A DNA stretch of 64,000 nt from an uncultured Bacteroidales bacterium. Lineage in GTDB: Bacteria > Bacteroidota > Bacteroidia > Bacteroidales > UBA1715. The DNA lies in assembly GCA_937892155.1 (NCBI GenBank), contig CALAUG010000021.1:13653-77652 (forward strand), in the 5' to 3' direction. The notes beneath the pieces are model-generated. The model saw only the letters and a program-made list of their open reading frames with translations. It did not search any database and was not told where the DNA came from. The position numbers were made by a program, and so were the translations under genes. This document shows positions 1 to 9,880 of this stretch, one piece after another; within the stretch, counting starts at the first letter, position 1; each line of letters starts with the position of its first letter.

Positions 1-122
1 TCCATTTGCTGGAAGAACGTTGCGTCGTCTTCGGCAAATTGTTTGATTTGCTGTGCATTTGTCAACAATGTTGCACAAATAAACGTGCATAGCAGAATAA
101 TTTTTTTGAAACGTGTTACCAT
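1..122 (-). CDS. hypothetical secreted protein, N-terminal fragment (gene runs off window start)
   Basis: ATG at 122 on the minus strand, 2 nt downstream of the prmA stop. Open to position 1. Translation MVTRFKKIILLCTFICATLLTNAQQ... resembles a signal peptide. Confidence 0.4.
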   Translation of the reverse strand, partial: MVTRFKKIILLCTFICATLLTNAQQIKQFAEDDATFFQQM

Positions 123-124
123 AA

Positions 125-964
125 TTATAAACGTGTAAAAATTGTTAGTGTCCAATTATTTTTTGATTTGCTTTCAACAAATTTCAGTCCATGTTCTTCG
201 GCCGATTTTTGTACGTCTGCGACGTCTTCCAAATAAAAACCGCTTAGTAGGAGTGTGCCTTTGTGTTCAACGGAATGGGATAAATATTCCATATTTTCAA
301 TTAGAATATTTTTGTTGATGTTTGCCAAAACAACATTAAATGTTTTGTTTGAAAGCAAGTCTAATTTTCCTAATTCAATAGAAATATTACTAATGCAATT
401 CAATTGCATATTTGTTTTCGTGTTCTCAATACAGCAAGAATCATAATCAAAAGCAAATACAGATTTCGCTCCTAATATAGATGCAAAAATTCCTAAAATT
501 CCCGTTCCACATCCACAATCAGCAACAGTTTTATTGTTGAAATCATATTGTTGCATAGTCTGCATTATCAATGACGTAGTTTCGTGGGTTCCTGAACCAA
601 ACGACATTTTAGGTTCAATAAGAATTTCGTATTTATATGTTTTTTGGGGGGTGTACGATGGAATTCTTACAATAATGTCATTGCTGATTTCCGCTGATTC
701 AAACGTAGATTCCCATTCTTTATTCCAATTCTGACTGGGAATATTTTGTATTGTGTAGTTGATTTCACCAATGAGTGGTTTGGCGCATTCTATGGTCTCT
801 TGCAATGCTTGTTTGTCAATGTTCTCGGTTTGTACGTATGCTTTGAACATGTCGTTCTCTTCAATGAAACTTTCGAAGCCAACTTCGGCAAGAAATGCCG
901 TCAGCAGGTCCTTTGTCTCATCGGACAAACATTGTAAGTCGCACGCGAATTCAGAATATTCCAT
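125..964 (-). CDS. prmA: ribosomal protein L11 methyltransferase
   Basis: SAM motif VADCGCGTGILGIFASILGA and LLLSGF near the C-terminus. Track ORF starts at TTG (1036); trimmed to ATG at 964 (MEYSEFACDL...), which fits the usual PrmA N-terminus. Confidence 0.9.
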   Translation of the reverse strand: MEYSEFACDLQCLSDETKDLLTAFLAEVGFESFIEENDMFKAYVQTENIDKQALQETIECAKPLIGEINYTIQNIPSQNWNKEWESTFESAEISNDIIVRIPSYTPQKTYKYEILIEPKMSFGSGTHETTSLIMQTMQQYDFNNKTVADCGCGTGILGIFASILGAKSVFAFDYDSCCIENTKTNMQLNCISNISIELGKLDLLSNKTFNVVLANINKNILIENMEYLSHSVEHKGTLLLSGFYLEDVADVQKSAEEHGLKFVESKSKNNWTLTIFTRL

Positions 965-1155
965 ACTATCACTTTGCGTCAAATTTCCATTTTTTTCTGC
1001 TTTTACAGATGAATTGAACTTTGTACTTATCAACAATTTTTCTACGGAGAAATCACCAAAAGTTTTATTAGTTTTATGATTTTCATGGATATTGCTTTCT
1101 AAAAATTACGTCCTAATTTTTACACAATGCATTTATCTATTAATTTTGTCGTGCG

Positions 1156-2508
1156 ATGGTACGAATAAGTAAAGTTGATGAGGATTTAGGTCAGAAAAGC
1201 ATAGGGATGCTTTTGTGGCAATATTCGTTGCCTGCAATTATTGCGACCGTTGCGACATCCGTTTACAATATTGTTGATAGGATTTTCATAGGTCAAATTG
1301 TAGGTCCGTTTGCTATCGCAGGTATGACAGTTACGCTTCCGTTGATGAATATATGTACGGCCTTTGGTATGTTGGTTAGTTCGGGTGCAGCTGCTATGGT
1401 TTCTATCCGTTTGGGCGAAAATCGTACGCAACATGCGGCACATACGTTGGGGAATGCTGTTTTGTTGAATTTGTTGATAAGTGTGGTAGTCTCTGTTGTT
1501 GGGCTGGTTTTCTTGGATGACATTTTGTATTTGTTCGGCGCAAGCAGTCTGACGATATTATATGCGCGAAATTTCATGCGTATCATTTTGATAGGAAATC
1601 CAATAACGCAGGCATTTTTCTGTCTCAATGCTATTATGCGATCGTCTGGTTATCCGTCAAAAGCGATGATTTCCATATTGCTGACTATGGTCGTGAATAT
1701 TGTATTAGTATTTGTGTTTGTGTATGTCTGCGATTTAGGAATAGAAGGTGCTGCATTGGCGACGATATGGGGACAGGTGGTTGGTCTCATATGGGTGTTG
1801 TTACATTTTTGTCTTAACGATTCTCATCTTCATTTTACTAAAAGAATTTTTAAACTGCGTCGTCATATATGCCGACATATTTGTTTCATAGGTCTATCTC
1901 CGTTTTTCATACATTTATGTACTTGTATTGTTGTCGCAGTGTTCAATTGGCAGTTGAGTGTGTATGCTGGCGATTATGCGATAGGAGCCTACGGCATTAT
2001 CAATACGGTTGTGAATTTTGTAACAGTAATTGTTTTGGGACTTTCTCAGGGTATGCAGCCGATAGTTGGTTATAATTACGGCGCAAAGCAATATGGCAGA
2101 GTGGAAAAAGCATTGTGGCGTACGGTGATGATTGGTATGTCAATAACAATAGTCGGTTTTGTATTGATGGAATTATTCTCGTTGGAAATTGGACTTGCTT
2201 TCACCAAAGATTTGGTAATGTCGGATATAATTCGTTCCGCTATGAAGATTTGTGTTCTTGCATTTCCACTGATAGGTTTTCAGGTTGTGGTTTCAAATTT
2301 CTTTCAGTCGATAGGAAAGGCAAATGTGTCAATTTTTCTTTCTTTGTCACGTCAGGTCTTGTTTTTAGTACCACTTTTGTTAGTATTACCTCGTTATTTT
2401 GGATTAAATGGTATTTGGTATGCAATGCCAGTTGCCGATTTTCTTGCTTTTGTCGTTACGGCGATTGTTTTAATTTTCTTTTATAGAAAATCAGAGCAGA
2501 TAAAATAA
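1156..2508 (+). CDS. MATE family efflux transporter
   Basis: 450 aa with about 12 predicted TM helices. N-terminal LLWQYSLPAIIATVATSVYNIVDRIFIGQ is typical of MATE/NorM-like proteins. Confidence 0.88.
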   Translation: MVRISKVDEDLGQKSIGMLLWQYSLPAIIATVATSVYNIVDRIFIGQIVGPFAIAGMTVTLPLMNICTAFGMLVSSGAAAMVSIRLGENRTQHAAHTLGNAVLLNLLISVVVSVVGLVFLDDILYLFGASSLTILYARNFMRIILIGNPITQAFFCLNAIMRSSGYPSKAMISILLTMVVNIVLVFVFVYVCDLGIEGAALATIWGQVVGLIWVLLHFCLNDSHLHFTKRIFKLRRHICRHICFIGLSPFFIHLCTCIVVAVFNWQLSVYAGDYAIGAYGIINTVVNFVTVIVLGLSQGMQPIVGYNYGAKQYGRVEKALWRTVMIGMSITIVGFVLMELFSLEIGLAFTKDLVMSDIIRSAMKICVLAFPLIGFQVVVSNFFQSIGKANVSIFLSLSRQVLFLVPLLLVLPRYFGLNGIWYAMPVADFLAFVVTAIVLIFFYRKSEQIK

Positions 2509-2511
2509 TGA

Positions 2512-3252
2512 TTATGCAAATAGTAAAACTATTGCCGAAATGCACGAAAGTATCAAAATGATAGTTTTGTAGAGGTTGTCAGGCAATTTGTTGATGAGCC
2601 AGTTACCACAGAACACTCCGAAAATCATAAGTGGAATGTAATAAAAGTCGCGTATGAGAGTTTGGCTTGTAATTGTGTGCCAATAAAATACGTGGAATGG
2701 TATTTTTAATACGTCAGTAATAAAACAGAACCATACGTATGTTGTTACGAACTGTTTTTTCGGAAATCGTTGTAAAATAAATAATGTGGAAATAAGTGGT
2801 CCTGTGACGTTTCCAACCATTGCTGCAAACCCAGAAAGCAGTCCGAAAATGATTACGAATATTCCGTGGTTATCTTTAAACAGTGTATGGTTGTAGTGTT
2901 GCATTATAGACAATATGCAACCTATTATGATGACGATTGCCAATAAAATAAAGAATTGTTTTTCGTCGGCAATCTCTCCGAGGAATGCCCCTAAGCATAT
3001 ACCAGCAAGTGCAAATGGTAAAACTTTTGCCAATGCTTGCCAATTGACATCCTCACGGTTTCGTAGGGCCGATATGAAAGAAGCTCCTAAAGAAATTGGG
3101 AACAGGAAACCAACGGAATCTTTTCCGCCTAAAGTAAGCGCAAGGACGGGAACTATTACCGAACTTGCTCCAGCCAATCCTCCTTTGGCGATTCCCGTGA
3201 AGAATACGCAAATACAAATAATTACTATTGTACTTACAGAAATAGGCTCCAT
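2512..3252 (-). CDS. TauE/SafE (TSUP) family membrane transporter
   Basis: 246 aa polytopic membrane protein with the two-fold internal repeat pattern and Gly-rich helices (GGLAGASSVIVPVL) of TSUP family proteins. Confidence 0.8.
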   Translation of the reverse strand: MEPISVSTIVIICICVFFTGIAKGGLAGASSVIVPVLALTLGGKDSVGFLFPISLGASFISALRNREDVNWQALAKVLPFALAGICLGAFLGEIADEKQFFILLAIVIIIGCILSIMQHYNHTLFKDNHGIFVIIFGLLSGFAAMVGNVTGPLISTLFILQRFPKKQFVTTYVWFCFITDVLKIPFHVFYWHTITSQTLIRDFYYIPLMIFGVFCGNWLINKLPDNLYKTIILILSCISAIVLLFA

Positions 3253-3284
3253 ATCATCGGTAAAGGTACAATTATTTTATCAAT

Positions 3285-3320
3285 AAAAAAAGGATTGACG
3301 TGTCCGCCAATCCTTTTTTC
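3285..3320 (-). terminator. Rho-independent terminator after pfp (hairpin usable in both directions)
   Basis: aaaaaaggattg (3286-3297) pairs with caatcctttttt (3308-3319) around a 10-nt loop. On the minus strand the GGATTG/CAATCC stem is followed by a T7 run. Confidence 0.7.
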
Positions 3321-3341
3321 TATTGCACTAATAATCTTAGA

Positions 3342-4997
3342 TTATTTTTTGTGTTCCAAGCAAAGTGTTTTTGTTGGTTGGTCACAAACTTCTGTTGGAC
3401 CGAAGTATTGGATAGGTCCTGGATAGATGTAGCAAGTCTCGTTTGCCCATTTGTCGCGTTTTGAAGCGAAGAATTTGAAAGGACCACCATTAAGTTTAAC
3501 AAGTGCTTTTTGGATAACAGGTTTCATTTTACCGTTACGTTTTTCCATATTCATCATTGCTGTGATAGGAATACCGCCAGCCAACCATTCGTCTGCTGGT
3601 TTCGTAGTGTTACGAACAGAAGACATATAACCAGTTTTACCAGAAGCGATAAGACGAGCAGCAACTTGTCCTAATGAATAGCAGTAGTCTGCATCGAAAT
3701 TAGATGGGGCTGCGCAACGACCTTCGTAACCGAAGAAATGGTGTTGTGTAGAGAATTTACCAACAAATTTTCCTTCTTTTTTCCAAGCTGCAAGTTTCTT
3801 AGCAACCATTTCAGCAAGCAATTGTTCTGTCTCGATTAATGAAACTTGAACGTTTCCATGAGGGTCGCGTTCTAGTGCCAATTGTTTTGAAACTGCTGTT
3901 GGAAGACTTTCGAAGATTGCTGCATTTTCTTTTGACAAGTGGTCAACGATGAATTTGATTTTTTTGTCAACGTTGTCGAATTTGTCAAATTCTGCTTGGT
4001 TTGCAGCCAACATATCGTTCAATTCTGCGATAAGTTTCTTGATTGCAGGAATGAATTCAATCAAACCTTCAGGAACTAACAAAGTACCGAAGTTCATACC
4101 TTTTGCAGCACGGTTTGCAACGATTTGAGCAATGTATGTAACAATATCGTCAAGAGTTTGGTTCTTTGCTTCAACTTCTTCACCAATAAGAGTGATGTTT
4201 GGTTGAGTTTGAAGAGCGCATTCCAAAGTAACGTGAGATGCTGAACGTCCCATCAATTTTATGAAGTGCCAGTATTTTTTTGCAGAGTTTGCATCACGTT
4301 GAATGTTACCGATAACTTCTGAGTAAACCTTAGTTGCCGTATCGAAACCGAAAGAAGTTTCAATCATTTCGTTTTTAAGGTCACCGTCGATAGTTTTTGG
4401 ACAGCCAATTACTTGGATGCCAGCTTTCTTTTGTAAGTAGTATTCTGCAAGAACGCAGGCGTTTGTGTTGGAATCATCACCACCGATAATGATTAAAGCT
4501 TTAATTCCCAATTTGTTGCAGATTTCAATACCTTTGTCGAATTGCTCAACTTCTTCCAATTTAGTACGGCCAGAACCGATAATGTCGAAACCACCAGTGT
4601 TACGATATTCATCAATAATTTTAGAAGTTAATTCAATATATTTATGATCAACCAATCCGCTTGGTCCGCCAAGGAAACCATATAATTTGCAGTTTTTGTT
4701 GATTGCCTTCAATCCGTCGAAAATACCCGAAATCACATTGTGTCCACCAGGAGCTTGTCCGCCAGAAAGAATTACACCAACGTTGAATGCTGCCATTTTA
4801 GCTTTGCAACCGCTTGCTTTTTCAAACGTTACGATTGGCATTCCGTACGTGTTAGGGAATAATTTTTTGATTTCTTTTTGGTCTGCAACAGATTTCGTGG
4901 CAGCACCTTCTTTTACTTTTACATTTCCCGATTTTATTGATTTCGGAAGTTTTGGAGAGTATTGAGCTCTCGCTTGTTGTAATGCACTAATAGCCAT
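3342..4997 (-). CDS. pfp: diphosphate--fructose-6-phosphate 1-phosphotransferase (PPi-dependent phosphofructokinase)
   Basis: 551 aa. GGDDSNT motif (Asp where ATP-PFKs have Gly), PKTIDGD and MGR motifs. Length is typical of long PPi-PFKs. Confidence 0.93.
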   Translation of the reverse strand: MAISALQQARAQYSPKLPKSIKSGNVKVKEGAATKSVADQKEIKKLFPNTYGMPIVTFEKASGCKAKMAAFNVGVILSGGQAPGGHNVISGIFDGLKAINKNCKLYGFLGGPSGLVDHKYIELTSKIIDEYRNTGGFDIIGSGRTKLEEVEQFDKGIEICNKLGIKALIIIGGDDSNTNACVLAEYYLQKKAGIQVIGCPKTIDGDLKNEMIETSFGFDTATKVYSEVIGNIQRDANSAKKYWHFIKLMGRSASHVTLECALQTQPNITLIGEEVEAKNQTLDDIVTYIAQIVANRAAKGMNFGTLLVPEGLIEFIPAIKKLIAELNDMLAANQAEFDKFDNVDKKIKFIVDHLSKENAAIFESLPTAVSKQLALERDPHGNVQVSLIETEQLLAEMVAKKLAAWKKEGKFVGKFSTQHHFFGYEGRCAAPSNFDADYCYSLGQVAARLIASGKTGYMSSVRNTTKPADEWLAGGIPITAMMNMEKRNGKMKPVIQKALVKLNGGPFKFFASKRDKWANETCYIYPGPIQYFGPTEVCDQPTKTLCLEHKK

Positions 4998-5192
4998 ATA
5001 ATTATTTTTAAATGATACAATAATTTGACGTTTGCGAATATACGAAATTAATGTTAATGAATTGTTGTTGACAGGAAGATTTTAAATCAGCATTTTTTTG
5101 TGTTCGCCCAATAGCCTATAAGATGCTTAAAACCGATGATTATTCAAAATGATTTTTTATATTTGGAAAGTTTCGTTTAATCTATATTGAAA

Positions 5193-5588
5193 ATGGTAAT
5201 TTATATAAAAAAACTGATAGTTTTGTTATTGTGCTTATTGCCAATAGGGGTGTATGCCCAAGATTGGACTCGTGTTGCTTGTCCAGGGAAAGGTCACACA
5301 GCTATTTATAACCAAATAATGAATGGTATAGTAAATCCATTGGGGGCAGATCTCGGGTATGATGATGGTCACCAGTTTAAGTTTTACGTTGCGCCACCAA
5401 GCGAGAATTGTTACGAAGTAATTCATACTATTGATATTGTTTTGTATGACGAAGCATTTCTTTATGCGATAGATCAGTCTGTGTCATTTGGTAACGATAT
5501 GCATTCTTGTATGGAAGAAGTTCGTTCGCAAGTGGGATTGTTGGAATATGCACTTCAAAATGTATTTGATCTACCAAAATCAAAATAA
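5193..5588 (+). CDS. hypothetical secreted protein
   Basis: Track ORF starts at TTG 5187; ATG at 5193 gives MVIYIKKLIVLLLCLLPIGVYAQ, a signal-peptide-like N-terminus. No recognisable domain. Confidence 0.5.
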   Translation: MVIYIKKLIVLLLCLLPIGVYAQDWTRVACPGKGHTAIYNQIMNGIVNPLGADLGYDDGHQFKFYVAPPSENCYEVIHTIDIVLYDEAFLYAIDQSVSFGNDMHSCMEEVRSQVGLLEYALQNVFDLPKSK

Positions 5589-5647
5589 TGTTTTAATAAA
5601 ATAAATTTGTTGACGAAAAAGCCAGTTTTTTCGTATATATCAAGACT

Positions 5648-6172
5648 TTAATCGTTAATCTTGAATCCTATAGGTTTGCGGTTTTCAAAAGTTTTTCTAA
5701 TTGTTTTTTCTACTTGCAATTCCGCCAATGCTTGGTTTATCAATTCTAATTGTGTGGCGGTGTCTTCGTTTATGTCGTTTTGGTCGTGAAGAACTTCGTC
5801 AATATAATTTTGTAGCTTTTCAAAACGCATATCTATGCTATCAAATCGAAGGTCTAAGTTTATTAAGTTAGGTAGATTTTTTTTCATAAACACAAATGCC
5901 CGCATAATTCGAATATTCATTTGAATTGCAAGTTCTGAAGATAGAACGGAGCTGAGCATTGCTATTCCCAATTCTGTAAATGCAAATGGTCTTTCGCGGG
6001 CACCCATTTTTATAGAATTGGATGTCGCATTTTGCGATATCCAATTCTCAAATTCGGCTTGCGACAGTTGAAACATAAAATCTTCTGGAAAACGGTTCCT
6101 GTTTCTTTTTACTTGTTCGTTAAGTCTTCTTGTCTCAATTCCATATAGATAAGCTAAATCTTTATCCAACAT
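5648..6172 (-). CDS. ORF6N (KilA-N-like) domain protein with coiled-coil C-terminus; N-terminus apparently disrupted
   Basis: MLDKDLAYLYGIETRRLNEQVKRNRNRFPEDFMFQL is the ORF6N core. The family-typical IHEIRGQKV segment lies in-frame upstream (6173-6238) but has no ATG (see findings). Confidence 0.75.
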   Translation of the reverse strand: MLDKDLAYLYGIETRRLNEQVKRNRNRFPEDFMFQLSQAEFENWISQNATSNSIKMGARERPFAFTELGIAMLSSVLSSELAIQMNIRIMRAFVFMKKNLPNLINLDLRFDSIDMRFEKLQNYIDEVLHDQNDINEDTATQLELINQALAELQVEKTIRKTFENRKPIGFKIND

Positions 6173-6369
6173 TACTTTCTGTCCACGTATTTCATGGATT
6201 TTTGTCTTAATTTCTTCTACGTTCGTAGGTAGAAGTGTTCATACAATTGATATAATTGGTTAGGCTCGCAAAATTAAGAAAAAAGGGAAATCCTAAATCC
6301 GAAAATAAGATTTTTAGTTGTCGGTAACTATTCGGTGTTGCATTTTTGTCTATTTTTGAAAACAAAATA

Positions 6370-7185
6370 ATGTATATGTTGAAATTCCGTAATTGTTTAA
6401 TAGCATGCACGTTGGGTGTGGCCGTTTGTTTGATGGCGTTGCCTTCGTGCGATAAATCTACATATACCGAAGAACTTGACACACTTCGTGGTATTTGGGG
6501 TAAGGCATTGTTGTATAATGAGTTTGGAAGTCGGGAATCTGATAATTCTAATATTTCTATACAAGTTCGTTGTATCGATACTGTTGATCAAAGTCCGTTG
6601 ACGATTTTCGACACTTCGTACTATATTACAACCGATACAAAAGGAAACTGGGAATTATATAAACCTGAAGGAGGGTGGTATTTCCTCGAGTTTTCAAAAA
6701 ATGATTATTGTAAAACAACGGTGTATGCTCATCATTACGATACGTCGCGTGCCGATACGCTTGAGACGGTTTATTTGGCAAAACCAACGCAGGGGAGTGT
6801 GGAGATTGATTCCGTGAGTATAAAAGACGATGTGTTGTCAATCTATCGTACGTTGTATTTTACGGCAAATTATTCTTCGTATGGTTTGGCTACGTGGTAT
6901 TTCTTTGGAAAATCGGCTTCGGTTTCACCAGAAGATTATGAATATGCGTACGTGTCGGGTAGTGCTACGGGAAAAGGTAATTCTTCGCAAAATGGAGTTG
7001 TGTACAAACCATTGGATAAATTGTTCGAGAATGGTTTTCAGGAAGGTGAAACGGTTTATATGCGTGCCTATTGCGATAATGCTCGGGCTGTTTCGTATCA
7101 GGTTGGCGAAGAAGAATGGGTGTTCCCTAATATTTTAGATGGCTCTAAAGTGTTCTCGTTTGAAATTCCTATATCAGAAGAATGA
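6370..7185 (+). CDS. hypothetical lipoprotein (possible carboxypeptidase-regulatory-like beta-sandwich)
   Basis: Track start is TTG 6346; ATG at 6370 gives MYMLKFRNCLIACTLGVAVCLMALPSCDKS (lipobox LPSC). TDTKGNWELY...FLEFSKNDY resembles CarboxypepD_reg-type domains. ATGA overlap with the next gene. Confidence 0.6.
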   Translation: MYMLKFRNCLIACTLGVAVCLMALPSCDKSTYTEELDTLRGIWGKALLYNEFGSRESDNSNISIQVRCIDTVDQSPLTIFDTSYYITTDTKGNWELYKPEGGWYFLEFSKNDYCKTTVYAHHYDTSRADTLETVYLAKPTQGSVEIDSVSIKDDVLSIYRTLYFTANYSSYGLATWYFFGKSASVSPEDYEYAYVSGSATGKGNSSQNGVVYKPLDKLFENGFQEGETVYMRAYCDNARAVSYQVGEEEWVFPNILDGSKVFSFEIPISEE

Positions 7186-9770
7186 AACGTATCGTACTTT
7201 GTATTTCGTTGATCCTCTGTTGCTTTGCTTCCTTTGCAACGCACAATAGGGCTGGCGAAATTACGTATCGTCACGTTTCAGGCTACATTTACGAAATAAC
7301 CATTCTTACTTATACTTACACGCCAAGCGAGGCGAACAAATCCCGTGATGTGCTTCCACTTGATTGGGGCGATGGTTCTACGGGCGAGATTCCACGAATT
7401 TCCGAAGAATATCTTCCTGATAATTTCACTAAAAACATATACAAAACAACCCATACGTATCCTGGTCCCGGCACATATACCATTGCAATGGAAGATCCGA
7501 ACCGTAACGAAGGTGTGATTAATATTGTTGAGTCCGTGAACGTGCCGTTTGCAATTACCACTACGTTGCGAATTGATGCCATTTTAGGTGGAAATACTAC
7601 GCCGGTGTTGACGAATCCACCAGTTGACAATGCTGCTATTGGTGTGAAATTTATTCACAATCCTGCTGCGTACGACGCCGATGGCGATAGTCTTGCGTAT
7701 CGTTTAACGACGTGTTCGGGCGAAGGTGGCGATTTCATTAGTGGTTATACGTTCCCGATGACAAGCAAGGATTTTTATGTTGATGCTACGTCGGGAGATA
7801 TGGTTTGGGATGCGCCTATTGTTTTAGGAAGTTACAATGTGGCGATGATTATTGAAGAATGGCGCAAAGGCACAAAAATAGGTGAAATTGTCCGTGATAT
7901 GCAGATAGAAGTTTTTGATGCAAACAACACGGTGCCTCGTATTGCTGATTTAGAAGATGTGTGCGTGCGCATTGGCGATACGGTTCGTTTTCAGGTAGTT
8001 GCAACCGATGCGGACAGTAATAATGTGTTTCTCACTGCAAGTGGCGGTCCGTTTGAAGTGGAAAATAAGGCAACATTCAAAACTATTTCGTCTGAACGGG
8101 GAAAAACGGTGTCGGAATTCGTGTGGGTTCCAACTTGCGACGAAATCCGTGAACAATCGTATATGGTTTTGTTTAAGGCGGTTGACGATGATAAAATTTC
8201 GTTGGCCGATATGAAATATGTCAACATAAAAGTAATTGGTCATCCACCAGTTGCATTGTCGGCAAATCCACAATCTGTATCCATTTCGCTTGCGTGGAGC
8301 GATTCTTTGTGTTCTCCAAATATTGTTTCGTACGATATTTATCGTTCCCGTAAGCCAATTTCCTATACGCCTGAATATTGCGAAGTAGGTTTGCCTGATA
8401 CTTTAGCGGCTGATTATGAAAAAATTGCAACGGTTGCTGCTTCGCAAAAAACGTATTTAGACAATAATAACGGTATGGGGCTGACGCCGGGATTCACCTA
8501 TTGTTATCGTTTGTGTTCCGTGTTTGGTGGAGGATTTCCGAGTTACATTTCGCAGGAAATTTGCGCTACGTTAGTTCCGTCGTCGCCAGTTCTTACGAAT
8601 GTGAGTGTGCAGAAAACTGATGCTAAAAAAGGTGAAATATATGTTGCTTGGTCAATTCCGCGTGAATTTGATTCCATAACGTATCCAAAACCTTATCAAT
8701 ATTGGTTGTATCGTTCGTCGGGATTGTATGGCGAGCGTCTTACGAAAATTGCAGAAATAGATGGACTGACAGATACATCCTTTGTTGATGTGGGGTTACA
8801 GACGGAGGATTCTGTATATTCATATAAAATTGAATTTTATTCAATTGCAACAGGAAAACCGATTTTGATTGGTACGCCGCCTGTTTCATCGGCGCCATAT
8901 TTGACGTATGAGGCGTACAATCATAAAGTTCGCTTGTTGTTGCAGGCAAATGTTGGTTGGAAAAACGATACTATTTTTGTGTATCGTCAACGGGAAAATT
9001 CATCGGAGTTTGATTCGTTGGGCATTTTCGAAAATGGCGAATTTTGGGATACGGGATTGGAAAATCAGAAAGAATATTGTTACTATGTGAAAACCAGTGG
9101 CTTCTTCGATTATTATTTATTGCCGAACCGTGTGTACAATAATTCGCAGATTATGTGTGCGATACCTGCTGATACGATTCCGCCAAAGCCAATGCCCTTG
9201 AAAATTGTGCAGGATTGTGATAATTTTTCTCGCACAATTTCGTGGACAGTCGATGCTGATGATGAAATAAAAAACGTTCATGTCTTTTATAAAGATTGTG
9301 CCGATTCCGATTGGCGAATAATTGCAACGGTTTCCGCAAGCCTATCTTCGTATATCCATTCTTTTGTTGATAGCGTAGGTAATATGGCAGGTTGCTATTA
9401 TCTTGCGGCAGAAGATTCTGCAGGAAATATAGGCGCTCATAAATACGATACTTGTCTGTATAATTGTCCGCAATATGAACTACCAAATGTGTTCACACCA
9501 AATGGCGATGGCGAAAATGACGTGTTTCATCCAATTGTGAATCGATTCGTGCAGAAAGTCGATATGAAGTTGTATGATGCGTGGGGACAATTAGTTTTTG
9601 AATCCGAAAATCCCGAGTTGAATTGGGATGGAAAACATTACAAAACGGGCAAAACATTAACCGATGGGGTATTCTATTATGTATGTGAGGTATACGAGTA
9701 TTGGTCGGATTGTGAAATTCACACGCGTGAATTAGCAGGGTTTGTTCATAAGTTTTGCGACGGGAAATAA
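7182..9770 (+). CDS. T9SS type B sorting domain (gliding motility-associated C-terminal domain) cell-surface protein
   Basis: C-terminal ELPNVFTPNGDGENDVFHP...WDG motif set (CHU_C/type B CTD). N-terminal signal peptide followed by HNRAGEITYRH, as in this family. Ig-like/cadherin-like repeats (DADGDSL). Confidence 0.85.
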   Translation: MKRIVLCISLILCCFASFATHNRAGEITYRHVSGYIYEITILTYTYTPSEANKSRDVLPLDWGDGSTGEIPRISEEYLPDNFTKNIYKTTHTYPGPGTYTIAMEDPNRNEGVINIVESVNVPFAITTTLRIDAILGGNTTPVLTNPPVDNAAIGVKFIHNPAAYDADGDSLAYRLTTCSGEGGDFISGYTFPMTSKDFYVDATSGDMVWDAPIVLGSYNVAMIIEEWRKGTKIGEIVRDMQIEVFDANNTVPRIADLEDVCVRIGDTVRFQVVATDADSNNVFLTASGGPFEVENKATFKTISSERGKTVSEFVWVPTCDEIREQSYMVLFKAVDDDKISLADMKYVNIKVIGHPPVALSANPQSVSISLAWSDSLCSPNIVSYDIYRSRKPISYTPEYCEVGLPDTLAADYEKIATVAASQKTYLDNNNGMGLTPGFTYCYRLCSVFGGGFPSYISQEICATLVPSSPVLTNVSVQKTDAKKGEIYVAWSIPREFDSITYPKPYQYWLYRSSGLYGERLTKIAEIDGLTDTSFVDVGLQTEDSVYSYKIEFYSIATGKPILIGTPPVSSAPYLTYEAYNHKVRLLLQANVGWKNDTIFVYRQRENSSEFDSLGIFENGEFWDTGLENQKEYCYYVKTSGFFDYYLLPNRVYNNSQIMCAIPADTIPPKPMPLKIVQDCDNFSRTISWTVDADDEIKNVHVFYKDCADSDWRIIATVSASLSSYIHSFVDSVGNMAGCYYLAAEDSAGNIGAHKYDTCLYNCPQYELPNVFTPNGDGENDVFHPIVNRFVQKVDMKLYDAWGQLVFESENPELNWDGKHYKTGKTLTDGVFYYVCEVYEYWSDCEIHTRELAGFVHKFCDGK

Positions 9771-9880
9771 CTTTCAAGATTCAAATTGAAATTTGAAAAA
9801 AGAATTTTTTTTTCTTGAAAACTCTTTTATGTAATATTTTTTTTCTAATTTTGCTGAAAACGAAAAAATAATAGTTTATT

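Noticed and set aside
6207-6482. 91-aa minus-strand ORF spanning the ORF6N/lipoprotein intergenic region
   Set aside because: AT-rich translation with no domain, overlapping the 5' end of the lipoprotein gene. Only its last 11 codons matter, as the displaced start of the ORF6N gene.
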